Shown here: positions 1-15,000 of the stretch, one piece after another
How the letters are laid out: the number at the start of each line of letters is the position of its first letter
Numbering within the stretch: position 1 is the first letter of the stretch
DNA from: Eledone cirrhosa
Taxonomy: Eukaryota
DNA length: 64,000 nt
Assembly (NCBI GenBank): GCA_964016885.1
Contig: OZ024740.1
Span: forward strand, 407,030,001 to 407,094,000
Reading direction: 5' to 3'
The notes under the pieces: generated by a model
Told to the model about the DNA's origin: nothing
The model's input: only the letters and a program-made list of their open reading frames with translations
Database searches by the model: none
Made by a program: the position numbers and the translations under genes

Positions 1-3000
1 CACTACTACTTTACAGTGTACTGGGTGCATTTTAATGTGGAACTAACGCTACTACTTTACAGTGTACTGGGTGCATTTTAATGTGGAACTAACACTACTG
101 CCTTACAGTGTACTGCGTGCATTTTAATGTGGAACTAACACTACTACCTTACAGTGTACTGGGTGCATTTTAATGTGGAACTAACACTGCTATCTTACAG
201 TGTACTGGGTGCATTTTAACGGGGAACTAACACTACTACATTACAGTGTACTGGGTGCATTCTAAAGTGGAACTAACACTACTATCTTACAGTGTACTGG
301 GTGCATTTTAACGTGGAACTAACACTACTACTTTACAGTGTACTGGGTGCATTTTAACGTGGAACTAACACTACTACTTTACAGTGTACTGGGTGCATTT
401 TAACGTGGAACTAACACTACTACTTTACAGTGTACTGGGTGCATTTTAACGTGGAACTAACACTACTACTTTACAGTGTACTGGGTGCATTTTAATGTGG
501 AACTAACGCTACTACTTTACAGTGTACTGGGTGCATTTTAACGTGGTACTAACGCTACTACTTTACATTGTACTGGGTGCATTTTAATGTGGAACCAACA
601 CTACTACTTTACAGTGTACTGGGTGCATTTTAACGTAGAACTAACACTACTACTTTACAGTGTACTGGGTGCATTTTAACGTAGAACTAACACTACTACT
701 TTACAGTGTACTGGGTGCATTTTAATGTGGAACTAACACTACTACTTTACAGTGTACTGGGTGCATTTTAACGTGGAGCTAACGCTACTACTTTACAGTG
801 TACTGGGTGCATTTTAATCAGGAACTAACACTAATACTTTACAGTGAACTGGGTGCATTTTAATGTGGAACTAACACTACTACCTTACAGTGTACTGAGT
901 GCATTTTAATGTGGAACTAACACTACTACCTTACAGTGTACTGGGTGCATTTTAACGTGGAACTAACACTACTACTTTACAGTGTACTGGGTGCATTTTA
1001 ACGTGGAACTAACACTACTACTTTACAGTGTACTGGGTGCATTTTAACGTGGAACTAACACTACTACTTTACAGTGTACTGGGTGCATTTTAATGTGGAA
1101 CTAACACTACTATTTTACAGTGTACTGGGTGTATTTTAACGTGGAACTAACGCTACTACTTTACAGTGTACTGGGTGCATTTTAATGTGGTACTAAGACT
1201 ACTACTTTACAGTGTACTGGGTGCATTTTAACGTGGAACTAACACTACTACTTTACAGTGTACTGGGTGCATTTTAATGTGGAACTAACGCTACTACCTT
1301 ACAGTGTACTGGGTGCATTTTAACGTGGAACTAACACTACTACCTTACAGTGTACTGGGTGCATTTTAACGTGGAACTAACAGTAGTACTTTACAGTGTA
1401 CTGGGTGCATTTTAACGTGGAACTAACGCTACTACTTTACAGTGTACTGGGTGCATTTTAATGTGGAACTAACACTACTACTTTACAGTGTACTGGGTGC
1501 ATTTTAATGTGGAACTAACGCTACTACTTTACAGTGTACTGGGTGCATTTTAATGTGGAACTAACACTACTACTTTACAGTGTACTGGGTGCATTTTAAT
1601 GTGGAACTAACGCTACTACTTTACAGTGTACTGTGTGCATTTTAATCAGGAACTAACACTACTACTTTACAATGTACCGGGTGCATTTTAATGTGGAACT
1701 AACACTACTACCTTACAGTGTACTGGGTGCATTTTAACGTGGAACTAACACTACTACCTTACAGTGTACTGGGTGCATTTTAATGTGGAACTAACACTAC
1801 TACCTTACAGTGTACTGGGTGCATTTTAATGTGGAACTAACACTACTACCTTACAGTGTACTGGGTGCATTTTAACGTGGATCTAACACTACTACTTTAC
1901 AGTGTACTGGGTGCATTTTAACGTGGAACTAACACTACTACTTTACAGTGTACTGGGTGCATTTTAATGTGGAACTAACGCTACTACTTTACAGTGTACT
2001 GGGTGCATTTTAATGTGGAACTAACACTAATGCCTTACAGTGTACTGCGTGCATTTTAATGTGGAACTAACACTACTACCTTACAGTGTACTGGGTGCAT
2101 TTTAATGTGGAACTAACACTACTACCTTACAGTGTACTGGGTGCATTTTAATGTGGAACTATCACTACTATCTTACAGTGTACTGGGTGCATTTTAACGT
2201 GGAACTAACACTACTACCTTACAGTGTACTGGGTGCATTTTAATGTGGAACTAACACTACTATCTTGCAGTGTACTGGGTGCATTTTAACGTGGAACTAA
2301 CACTACTACTTTACAGTGTACTGGGTGAATTTTAACGTGGAACTAACACTACTACTTTACAGTGTACTGGGTGCATTTTAACGTGGAACTAACACTACTA
2401 CTTTACAGTGTACTGAGTGCATTTTAACGTGGAACTAACACTACTACTTTACAGTGTACTGGGTGCATTTTAATGTGGAACTAACACTACTACTTTACAG
2501 TGTACTGGGTGCATTTTAACGTGGTACTAACGCTACTACTTTACATTGTACTGGGTGCATTTTAATGTGGAACTAACACTACTACTTTACAGTGTACTGG
2601 GTGCATTTTAACGTAGAACTAACACTACTACTTTACAGTGTACTGGGTGCATTTTAACGTAGAACTAACACTACTACTTTACAGTACTGTGTGCATTTTA
2701 ATGTGGAACTAACACTACTACTTTACAGTGTACTGGGTGCATTTTAACGTGGAACTAACGCTACTACTTTACAGTGTACTGGGTGCATTTTTATCTGGAA
2801 CTAACACTACTACTTTACAGTGTACTGGGTGCATTTTAATGTGGAACTAACACTACTACTTTACAGTGAACTGGGTGCATTTTAATGTGGAACTAACACT
2901 ACTACCTTACAGTGTACTGGGTGCATTTTAATGTGGAACTAACACTACTACCTTACAGTGTACTGGGTGCATTTTAACGTGGAACTAACACTACTACCTT

Positions 3001-6000
3001 ACAGTGTACTGGGTGCATTTTAATGTGGAACTAACACTACTACCTTACAGTGTACTGGGTGCATTTTAATGTGGAACTAACACTACTATCTTACAGTGTA
3101 CTGGGTGCATTTTAACGTGGAACTAACACTACTACTTTACAGTGTACTGGGTGCATTCTTACGTGGAACTAACACTACTATCTTACAGTGTACTGGGTAC
3201 ATTTTAACGTGGAACTAACACTACTACTTTACAGTGTACTGGGTGCATTTTAACGTGAAACTAACACTACTACTTTACAGTGTACTGGGTGCATTTTAAC
3301 GTGGAACTAACACTACTACTTTACAGTGTACTGGGTGCATTTTAACGTGGAACTAACACTACTACTTTACAGTGTACTGGGTGCATTCTTACGTGGAACT
3401 AACACTACTATCTTACAGTGTACTGGGTACATTTTAACGTGGAACTAACACTACTACTTTACAGTGTACTGGGTGCATTTTAACGTGAAACTAACACTAC
3501 TACTTTACAGTGTACTGGGTGCATTTTAACGTGGAACTAACACTACTACTTTACAGTGTACTGGGTGCATTTTAACGTGGAACTAACACTACTACTTTAC
3601 AGTGTACTGGGTGCATTTTAATCAGGAACTAACACTACTACTTTACAGTGTACTGGGTGCATTTTAACGTGGAACTAACGCTACTACTTTACAGTGTACT
3701 GGGTGCATTTTAATGTGGAACTAAGACTACTACTTTACAGTGTACTGGGTGCATTTTAACGTGGAACTAACACTACTACTTTACAGTGTACTGGGTGCAT
3801 TTTAATGTGGAACTAACGCTACTACCTTACAGTGTACTGGGTGCATTTTAATGTGGAACTAACACTACTACCTTACAGTGTACTGGGTGCATTTTAATGT
3901 GGAACTAACACTACTACCTTACAGTGTACTGGGTGCATTTTAACGTGGATCTAACACTACTACTTTACAGTGTACTGGGTGCATTTTAACGTGGAACTAA
4001 CACTACTACTTTACAGTGTACTGGGTGCATTTTAATGTGGAACTAACGCTACTACTTTACAGTGTACTGGGTGCATTTTAATGTGGAACTAACACTAATG
4101 CCTTACAGTGTACTGCGTGCATTTTAATGTGGAACTAACACTACTACCTTACAGTGTACTGGGTGCATTTTAATGTGGAACTAACACTACTACCTTACAG
4201 TGTACTGGGTGCATTTTAATGTGGAACTATCACTACTATCTTACAGTGTACTGGGTGCATTTTAACGTGGAACTAACACTACTACCTTACAGTGTACTGG
4301 GTGCATTTTAATGTGGAACTAACACTACTATCTTGCAGTGTACTGGGTGCATTTTAACGTGGAACTAACACTACTACTTTACAGTGTACTGGGTGAATTT
4401 TAACGTGGAACTAACACTACTACTTTACAGTGTACTGGGTGCATTTTAACGTGGAACTAACACTACTACTTTACAGTGTACTGAGTGCATTTTAACGTGG
4501 AACTAACACTACTACTTTACAGTGTACTGGGTGCATTTTAATGTGGAACTAACACTACTACTTTACAGTGTACTGGGTGCATTTTAACGTGGTACTAACG
4601 CTACTACTTTACATTGTACTGGGTGCATTTTAATGTGGAACTAACACTACTACTTTACAGTGTACTGGGTGCATTTTAACGTAGAACTAACACTACTACT
4701 TTACAGTGTACTGGGTGCATTTTAACGTAGAACTAACACTACTACTTTACAGTACTGTGTGCATTTTAATGTGGAACTAACACTACTACTTTACAGTGTA
4801 CTGGGTGCATTTTAACGTGGAACTAACGCTACTACTTTACAGTGTACTGGGTGCATTTTTATCTGGAACTAACACTACTACTTTACAGTGTACTGGGTGC
4901 ATTTTAATGTGGAACTAACACTACTACTTTACAGTGAACTGGGTGCATTTTAATGTGGAACTAACACTACTACCTTACAGTGTACTGGGTGCATTTTAAT
5001 GTGGAACTAACACTACTACCTTACAGTGTACTGGGTGCATTTTAACGTGGAACTAACACTACTACCTTACAGTGTACTGGGTGCATTTTAATGTGGAACT
5101 AACACTACTACCTTACAGTGTACTGGGTGCATTTTAATGTGGAACTAACACTACTATCTTACAGTGTACTGGGTGCATTTTAACGTGGAACTAACACTAC
5201 TACTTTACAGTGTACTGGGTGCATTCTTACGTGGAACTAACACTACTATCTTACAGTGTACTGGGTACATTTTAACGTGGAACTAACACTACTACTTTAC
5301 AGTGTACTGGGTGCATTTTAACGTGAAACTAACACTACTACTTTACAGTGTACTGGGTGCATTTTAACGTGGAACTAACACTACTACTTTACAGTGTACT
5401 GGGTGCATTTTAACGTGGAACTAACACTACTACTTTACAGTGTACTGGGTGCATTCTTACGTGGAACTAACACTACTATCTTACAGTGTACTGGGTACAT
5501 TTTAACGTGGAACTAACACTACTACTTTACAGTGTACTGGGTGCATTTTAACGTGAAACTAACACTACTACTTTACAGTGTACTGGGTGCATTTTAACGT
5601 GGAACTAACACTACTACTTTACAGTGTACTGGGTGCATTTTAACGTGGAACTAACACTACTACTTTACAGTGTACTGGGTGCATTTTAATCAGGAACTAA
5701 CACTACTACTTTACAGTGTACTGGGTGCATTTTAACGTGGAACTAACGCTACTACTTTACAGTGTACTGGGTGCATTTTAATGTGGAACTAAGACTACTA
5801 CTTTACAGTGTACTGGGTGCATTTTAACGTGGAACTAACACTACTACTTTACAGTGTACTAGGTGCATTTTAATGTGGAACTAACGCTACTACCTTACAG
5901 TGTACTGGGTGCATTTTAACGTGGAACTAACACTACTACTTTACAGTGTACTGGGTGTATTTTAACGTGGAACTAACACTACTACTTTACAGTGTACTGG

Positions 6001-9000
6001 GTGCATTTTAACGTGGAACTAACACTACTACTTTACAGTGTACTGGGTGCATTTTAATGTGGAACTAACACTACTACTTTACAGTGTACTGGGTGCATTT
6101 TAACGTGGAACTAACACTACTACTTTACAGTGTACTGGGTGCATTTTAACGTGGAACTAACGCTACTACCTTACAGTGTACTGGGTGCATTTTAACGTGG
6201 AACTAACACTACTACCTTACAGTGTATTGGGTGCATTTTAACGTGGAACTAACAGTAGTACTTTACAGTGTACTGGGTGCATTTGAACGTGGAACTAACG
6301 CTACTACTTTACAGTGTACTGGGTGCATTTTAATGTGGAACTAACACTACTACCTTACAGTGTACTGGGTGCATTTTAACGTGCAACTAACACTACTACT
6401 TTACAGTGTACTGGGTGCATTCTAACGTGGAACTAACACTACTATCTTACAGTGTACTGGGTGCATTTTAACGTGGAACTAACACTACTACCTTACAGTG
6501 TACTGGGTGCATTTTAACGTGGAACTAACACTACTACTTTACAGTGTACTGGGTGTATTTTAACGTGGCACTAACGCTACTACTTTACAGTGTACTGGGT
6601 GCATTTTAATGTGGTACTAAGACTACTACTTTACAGTGTACTTGGTGCATTTTAATGTGGAACTAACGCTACTACCTTACAGTGTACTGGGTGCATTTTA
6701 ACCTGGAACTAACACTACTACTTTACAGTGTACTGGGTGTATTTTAACGTGGAACTAACACTACTACTTTACAGTGTACTGGGTGCATTTTAACGTGGAA
6801 CTAACACTACTACTTTACAGTGTACTGGGTGCATTTTAATGTGGAACTAACACTACTACTTTACAGTGTACTGGGTGCATTTTAACGTGGAACTAACACT
6901 ACTACTTTACAGTGTACTGGGTGCATTTTAACGTGGAACTAACGCTACTACCTTACAGTGTACTGGGTGCATTTTAACGTGGAACTAACGCTACTACTTT
7001 ACTGTGTACTGGGTGCATTTTAATGTGGAACTAACACTACTACTTTACAGTGTACTGGGTGCATTTTAACGTGGAACTAACACTACTACTTTACAGTGTA
7101 CTGGGTGCATTTTAACGTGGAACTAACACTACTACTTTACAGTGTACTGGGTGCATTTTAATGTGGAACTAAGACTACTACTTTACAGTGTACTGGGTGC
7201 ATTTTAACGTGGAACTAACACTACTACTTTACAGTGTACTGGGTGCATTTTAACGTGGAACTAACACTACTACTTTACAGTGTACTGGGTGCATTTTAAT
7301 GTGGAACTAACGCTACTACCTTACAGTGTACTGGGTGCATTTTAACGTGGAACTAACACTACTACCTTACAGTGTACTGGGTGCATTTTAAGGTGGAACT
7401 AACAGTACTACTCTACAGTGTACTGGGTGCATTTTAACGTGGAACTAACGCTACTACTTTACAGTGTACTGGGTGCATTTTAACGTAGAACTAACACTAA
7501 TACTTTACAGTGAACTGGGTGCATTTTAATGTGGAACTAACACTACTACCTTACAGTGTACTGGGTGCATTTTAAGGTGGAACTAACACTACTACCTTAC
7601 AGTGTACTGGGTGCATTTTAACGTGGAACTAACACTAATACCTTACAGTGTACTGGGTGCATTTTAATGTGGAACTAACACTACTACCTTACAGTGTACT
7701 GGGTGTATTTTAACGTGGAACTAACACTACTACTTTACAGTGTACTGGGTGCATTCTTACGTGGAACTAACACTACTATCATACAGTGTACTGGGTGCAT
7801 TTTAATGTGGAACTAACACTACTACTTTACAGTGTACTGGGTGCATTTTAACGTGGAACTAACACTACTACTTTACAGTGTACTGGGTGCATTTTAACGT
7901 GGAACTAACACTACTACTTTACAGTGTACTGGGTGTATTTTAATGTGGAACTAACGCTACTACTTTACAGTGTACTGGGTGCATTTTAAAGTGGAACTAA
8001 CACTACTGCCTTACAGTGTACTGGGTGCATTTTAATGTGGAACTAACACTACTACCTTACAGTGTACTGGGTGCTTTTTAATGTGGAACTAACACTGCTA
8101 TCTTACAGTGTACTGGGTGCATGTTAACGTGGAACTAACACTACTACCTTACAGTGTACTGGGTGCATTTTAACGTGTAACTAACACTACTACTTTACAG
8201 TTTACTGGGTGCATTTTAACGTGGAACTAACACTACTACTTTACAGTGTACTGGGTGCATTTTAACGTGGAACTAACACTACTACTTTACAGTGTACTGG
8301 GTGTATTTTAACGTGGAACTAACACTACTACTTTACAGTGTACTGGGTGCATTTTAATGTGGAACTAACGCTACTACTTTACAGTGTACTGGGTGCATTT
8401 TAATCAGGAACTAACACTACTACTTTACAGTGTACTGGGTGCATTTTAATGTGGAACTAACACTACTACCTTACAATGTACTGGGTGCATTTTAATGTGG
8501 AACTAACACTACTACCTTACAGTTTACTGGGTCCATTTTAACGTGGAACTAACACTACTACCTTACAGTGTACTGGGTGCATTTTAATGTGGAACTAACA
8601 CTACTACCTTACAGTGTACTGGGTGCATTTTAATGTGGAACTAACACTACTACCTTACAGTGTACTGGGTGCATTTTAACGTGGAACTAACACTACTACT
8701 TTACAGTGTACTGGGTGCATTCTAACGTGGAACTAACACTACTATCTTACAGTGTACTGGGTGCATTCTAACGTGGAACTAACACTATTACTTTACAGTG
8801 TACTGGGTGCATTTTAACGTGGAACTAACACTACTACTTTACAGTGTACTGGGTGCATTTTAACGTGGAACTAACACTACTACTTTACAGTGTACTGGGT
8901 GCATTTTAACGTGGATCTAACACTACTACTTTACAGTGTACTGGGTGCATTTTAACGTGGAACTAACACTACTACTTTACAGTGTACTGGGTGCATTTTA

Positions 9001-12000
9001 ATGTGGAACTAACGCTACTACTTTACAGTGTACTGGGTGCATTTTAACGTGGAACTAACACTACTGCCTTACAGTGTACTGGGTGCATTTTAATGTGGAA
9101 CTAACACTACTAGCTTACAGTGTACTGGCTGCATTTTAACGAGGAACTAACACTACTACCTTACAGTGTACTGGGTGCATTTTAATGTGGAACTAACACT
9201 ACTACCTTGCAGTGTACTGGGTGCATTTTAACGTGGAACTAACACTACTACTTTACAGTGTACTGGGTGCATTTTAACGTGGAACTAACACTACTACTTT
9301 ACAGTGTACTGGGTGCATTTTAACGTGGTACTAACGCTACTACTTTACAGTGTACTGGGTGCATTTTAATGTGGAACTAACACTACTACTTTACAGTGTA
9401 CTGGGTGCATTTTAACGTAGAACTAACACTACTACTTTACAGTGTACTGGGTGCATTTTAACGTGGAACTAACACTACTACTTTACAGTGTACTGGGTGC
9501 ATTTTAACGTGGAACTAACGCTACTACTTTACAGTGTACTGGGTGCATTTTTATCTGGAACTAACACTACTACTTTACAGTGTACTGGGTGCATTTTAAT
9601 GTGGAACTAAGACTACTACTTTACAGTGTACTGGGTGCATTTTAACGTGGAACTAACACTACTACTTTACAGTGTACTGGGTGCATTTTAATGTGGAACT
9701 AACGCTACTACCTTACAGTGTACTGGGTGCATTTTAACGTGGAACTAACACTACTACTTTACAGTGTACTGGGTGTATTTTAACGTGGAACTAACACTAC
9801 TACTTTACAGTGTACTGGGTGCATTTTAACGTGGAACTAACACTACTACTTTACAGTGTACTGGGTGCATTTTAATGTGGAACTAACACTACTACTTTAC
9901 AGTGTACTGGGTGCATTTTAACGTGGAACTAACACTACTACTTTACAGTGTACTGGGTGCATTTTAACGTGGAACTAACGCTACTACCTTACAGTGTACT
10001 GGGTGCATTTTAACGTGGAACTAACACTACTACCTTACAGTGTATTGGGTGCATTTTAACGTGGAACTAACAGTAGTACTTTACAGTGTACTGGGTGCAT
10101 TTGAACGTGGATCTAACGCTACTACTTTACAGTGTACTGGGTGCATTTTAATGTGGAACTAACACTACTACCTTACAGTGTACTGGGTGCATTTTAACGT
10201 GCAACTAACACTACTACTTTACAGTGTACTGGGTGCATTCTAACGTGGAACTAACACTACTATCTTACAGTGTACTGGGTGCATTTTAACGTGGAACTAA
10301 CACTACTACCTTACAGTGTACTGGGTGCATTTTAACGTGGAACTAACACTACTACTTTACAGTGTACTGGGTGTATTTTAACGTGGCACTAACGCTACTA
10401 CTTTACAGTGTACTGGGTGCATTTTAATGTGGTACTAAGACTACTACTTTACAGTGTACTTGGTGCATTTTAATGTGGAACTAACGCTACTACCTTACAG
10501 TGTACTGGGTGCATTTTAACCTGGAACTAACACTACTACTTTACAGTGTACTGGGTGTATTTTAACGTGGAACTAACACTACTACTTTACAGTGTACTGG
10601 GTGCATTTTAACGTGGAACTAACACTACTACTTTACAGTGTACTGGGTGCATTTTAATGTGGAACTAACACTACTACTTTACAGTGTACTGGGTGCATTT
10701 TAACGTGGAACTAACACTACTACTTTACAGTGTACTGGGTGCATTTTAACGTGGAACTAACGCTACTACCTTACAGTGTACTGGGTGCATTTTAACGTGG
10801 AACTAACGCTACTACTTTACTGTGTACTGGGTGCATTTTAATGTGGAACTAACACTACTACTTTACAGTGTACTGGGTGCATTTTAACGTGGAACTAACA
10901 CTACTACTTTACAGTGTACTGGGTGCATTTTAACGTGGAACTAACACTACTACTTTACAGTGTACTGGGTGCATTTTAATGTGGAACTAAGACTACTACT
11001 TTACAGTGTACTGGGTGCATTTTAACGTGGAACTAACACTACTACTTTACAGTGTACTGGGTGCATTTTAACGTGGAACTAACACTACTACTTTACAGTG
11101 TACTGGGTGCATTTTAATGTGGAACTAACGCTACTACCTTACAGTGTACTGGGTGCATTTTAACGTGGAACTAACACTACTACCTTACAGTGTACTGGGT
11201 GCATTTTAAGGTGGAACTAACAGTACTACTCTACAGTGTACTGGGTGCATTTTAACGTGGAACTAACGCTACTACTTTACAGTGTACTGGGTGCATTTTA
11301 ATGTGGAACTAACACTACTACTTTACAGTGTACTGGGTGCATTTTAACGTGGAACTAACACTACTACTTTACAGTGTACTGGGTGCATTTTACCGTGGAA
11401 CTAACACTACTACTTTACAGTGTACTGGGTGTATTTTAATGTGGAACTAACGCTACTACTTTACAGTGTACTGGGTGCATTTTAAAGTGGAACTAACACT
11501 ACTGCCTTACAGTGTACTGGGTGCATTTTAATGTGGAACTAACACTACTACCTTACAGTGTACTGGGTGCTTTTTAATGTGGAACTAACACTGCTATCTT
11601 ACAGTGTACTGGGTGCATGTTAACGTGGAACTAACACTACTACCTTACAGTGTACTGGGTGCATTTTAACGTGGAACTAACACTACTACTTTACAGTTTA
11701 CTGGGTGCATTTTAACGTGGAACTAACACTACTACTTTACAGTGTACTGGGTGCATTTTAACGTGGAACTAACACTACTACTTTACAGTGTACTGGGTGT
11801 ATTTTAACGTGGAACTAACACTACTACTTTACAGTGTACTGGGTGCATTTTAATGTGGAACTAACGCTACTACTTTACAGTGTACTGGGTGCATTTTAAT
11901 CAGGAACTAACACTACTACTTTACAGTGTACTGGGTGCATTTTAATGTGGAACTAACACTACTACCTTACAATGTACTGGGTGCATTTTAATGTGGAACT

Positions 12001-15000
12001 AACACTACTACCTTACAGTTTACTGGGTCCATTTTAACGTGGAACTAACACTACTACCTTACAGTGTACTGGGTGCATTTTAATGTGGAACTAACACTAC
12101 TACCTTACAGTGTACTGGGTGCATTTTAATGTGGAACTAACACTACTACCTTACAGTGTACTGGGTGCATTTTAACGTGGAACTAACACTACTACTTTAC
12201 AGTGTACTGGGTGCATTCTAACGTGGAACTAACACTACTATCTTACAGTGTACTGGGTGCATTTTAACGTGGAACTAACACTATTACTTTACAGTGTACT
12301 GGGTGCATTTTAACGTGGAACTAACACTACTACTTTACAGTGTACTGGGTGCATTTTAACGTGGAACTAACACTACTACTTTACAGTGTACTGGGTGCAT
12401 TTTAACGTGGATCTAACACTACTACTTTACAGTGTACTGGGTGCATTTTAACGTGGAACTAACACTACTACTTTACAGTGTACTGGGTGCATTTTAATGT
12501 GGAACTAACGCTACTACTTTACAGTGTACTGGGTGCATTTTAACGTGGAACTAACACTACTGCCTTACAGTGTACTGGGTGCATTTTAATGTGGAACTAA
12601 CACTACTAGCTTACAGTGTACTGGCTGCATTTTAACGAGGAACTAACACTACTACCTTACAGTGTACTGGGTGCATTTTAATGTGGAACTAACACTACTA
12701 CCTTGCAGTGTACTGGGTGCATTTTAACGTGGAACTAACACTACTACTTTACAGTGTACTGGGTGCATTTTAACGTGGAACTAACACTACTACTTTACAG
12801 TGTACTGGGTGCATTTTAACGTGGTACTAACGCTACTACTTTACAGTGTACTGGGTGCATTTTAATGTGGAACTAACACTACTACTTTACAGTGTACTGG
12901 GTGCATTTTAACGTAGAACTAACACTACTACTTTACAGTGTACTGGGTGCATTTTAACGTGGAACTAACACTACTACTTTACAGTGTACTGGGTGCATTT
13001 TAACGTGGAACTAACGCTACTACTTTACAGTGTACTGGGTGCATTTTTATCTGGAACTAACACTACTACTTTACAGTGTACTGGGTGCATTTTAATCAGG
13101 AACTAACACTACTACTTTACAGTGAACTGGGTGCATTTTAATGTGGAACTAACACTACTACCTTACAGTGTACTGGGTGCATTTTAATGTGGAACTAACA
13201 CTACTACCTTACAGTGTACTGGGTGCATTTTTACGTGGAACTAACACTACTACCTTACAGTGTACTGGGTGCATTTTAATGTGGAACTAACACTACTACC
13301 TTACAGTGTACTGGGTGAATTTTAATGTGGAACTAACACTACTACCTTACAGTGTACTGGGTGCATTTTAACGTGGAACTAACACTACTACTTTACAGTG
13401 TACTGGGTGCATTCTTACGTGGAACTAACACTACTATCTTACAGTATGCTGGGTGCATTTTAACGTGGAACTAACACTACTACTTTACAGTGTACTGGTT
13501 GCATTTTAACATGGAACTAACACTACTACTTTACAGTGTACTGGGTGTATTTTAACGTGGAACTAACACTACTACTTTACAGTGTGCTGGGTGCATTTTA
13601 ACGTGGAACTAACACTACTACTTTACAGTGTACTGGGTGCATTTTAATGTGGAACTAACACTACTACTTTACAGTGTACTGGGTGCATTTTAACGTGGAA
13701 CTAACGCTACTACTTTACAGTGTACTGGGTGCATTTTAATGTGGAACTAAGACTACTACTTTACAGTGTACTGGGTGCATTTTAACGTGGAACTAACACT
13801 ACTACTTTACAGTGTACTGGGTGCATTTTAATGTGGAACTAACACTACTACCTTGCAGTGTACTGGGTGCAATTTAACGTGGAACTAACAGTAGTACTTT
13901 ACAGTGTACTGGGTGCATTTTAACGTGGAACTAACGCTACTACTTTACAGTGTACTCGGTGCATTTTAATGTGGAACTAACACTACTACTTTACAGTGTA
14001 CTGGGTGCATTCTAACGTGGAACTAACACTACTACTTTACAGTGTACTGGGTGCATTCTAACGTGGAACTAACACTACTATCTTACAGTGTACTGGGTGC
14101 ATTTTAACGTGGAACTAACACTACTACTTTACAGTGTACTGGGTGCATTTTAACGTGGAACTAACACTACTACTTTACAGTGTACTGGGTGCATTTTAAC
14201 GTGGAACTAACACTACTACCTTACAGTGTACTGGGTGCATTTTAACGTGGAACTAACAGTACTACTTTACAGTGTACTGGGTGCATTTTAACGTGGAACT
14301 AACGCTACTTCTTTACAGTGTACTGGGTGCATTTTAATGTGGAACTAACACTACTACTTTACAGTGTACTGGGTGCATTTTAACGTGGAACTAACACTAC
14401 TACTTTACAGTGTACTGGCTGCATTTTAACGTGGAACTAACACTACTACCTTACAGTGTACTGGGTGCATTTTAACGTGGAACTAACACTACTACTTTAC
14501 AGTGTACTGGGTGCATTTTAACGTGGAACTAACACTACTACTTTACAGTGTACTGGGTGCATTTTAACGTGGAACTAACACTACTACTTTACAGTGTACT
14601 GGGTGCATTTTAACGTGGAACTAACACTACTACTTTACAGTGTACTGGGTGCATTTTAATGTGGAACTAACACTACTACCTTACAGTGTACTGGGTGCAT
14701 TTTAACGTGGAACTTACACTACTACCTTACAGTGTACTGGGTGCATTTTATTGTGGAACTAACACTACTACCTTACAGTGTACTGGGTGCATTTTAATGT
14801 GGAACTAACACTACTACCTTACAGTGTACTGGGTGCATTTTAACGTGGAACTAACACTACTACTTTACAGTGTACTGGGTGCATTTTAACGTGGAACTAA
14901 CACTACTACTTTACAGTGTACTGGGTGCATTTTAACGTGGAACTAACACTACTACTTTACAGTGTACTGGGTGCATTTTAACGTGGAACTAACACTACTA

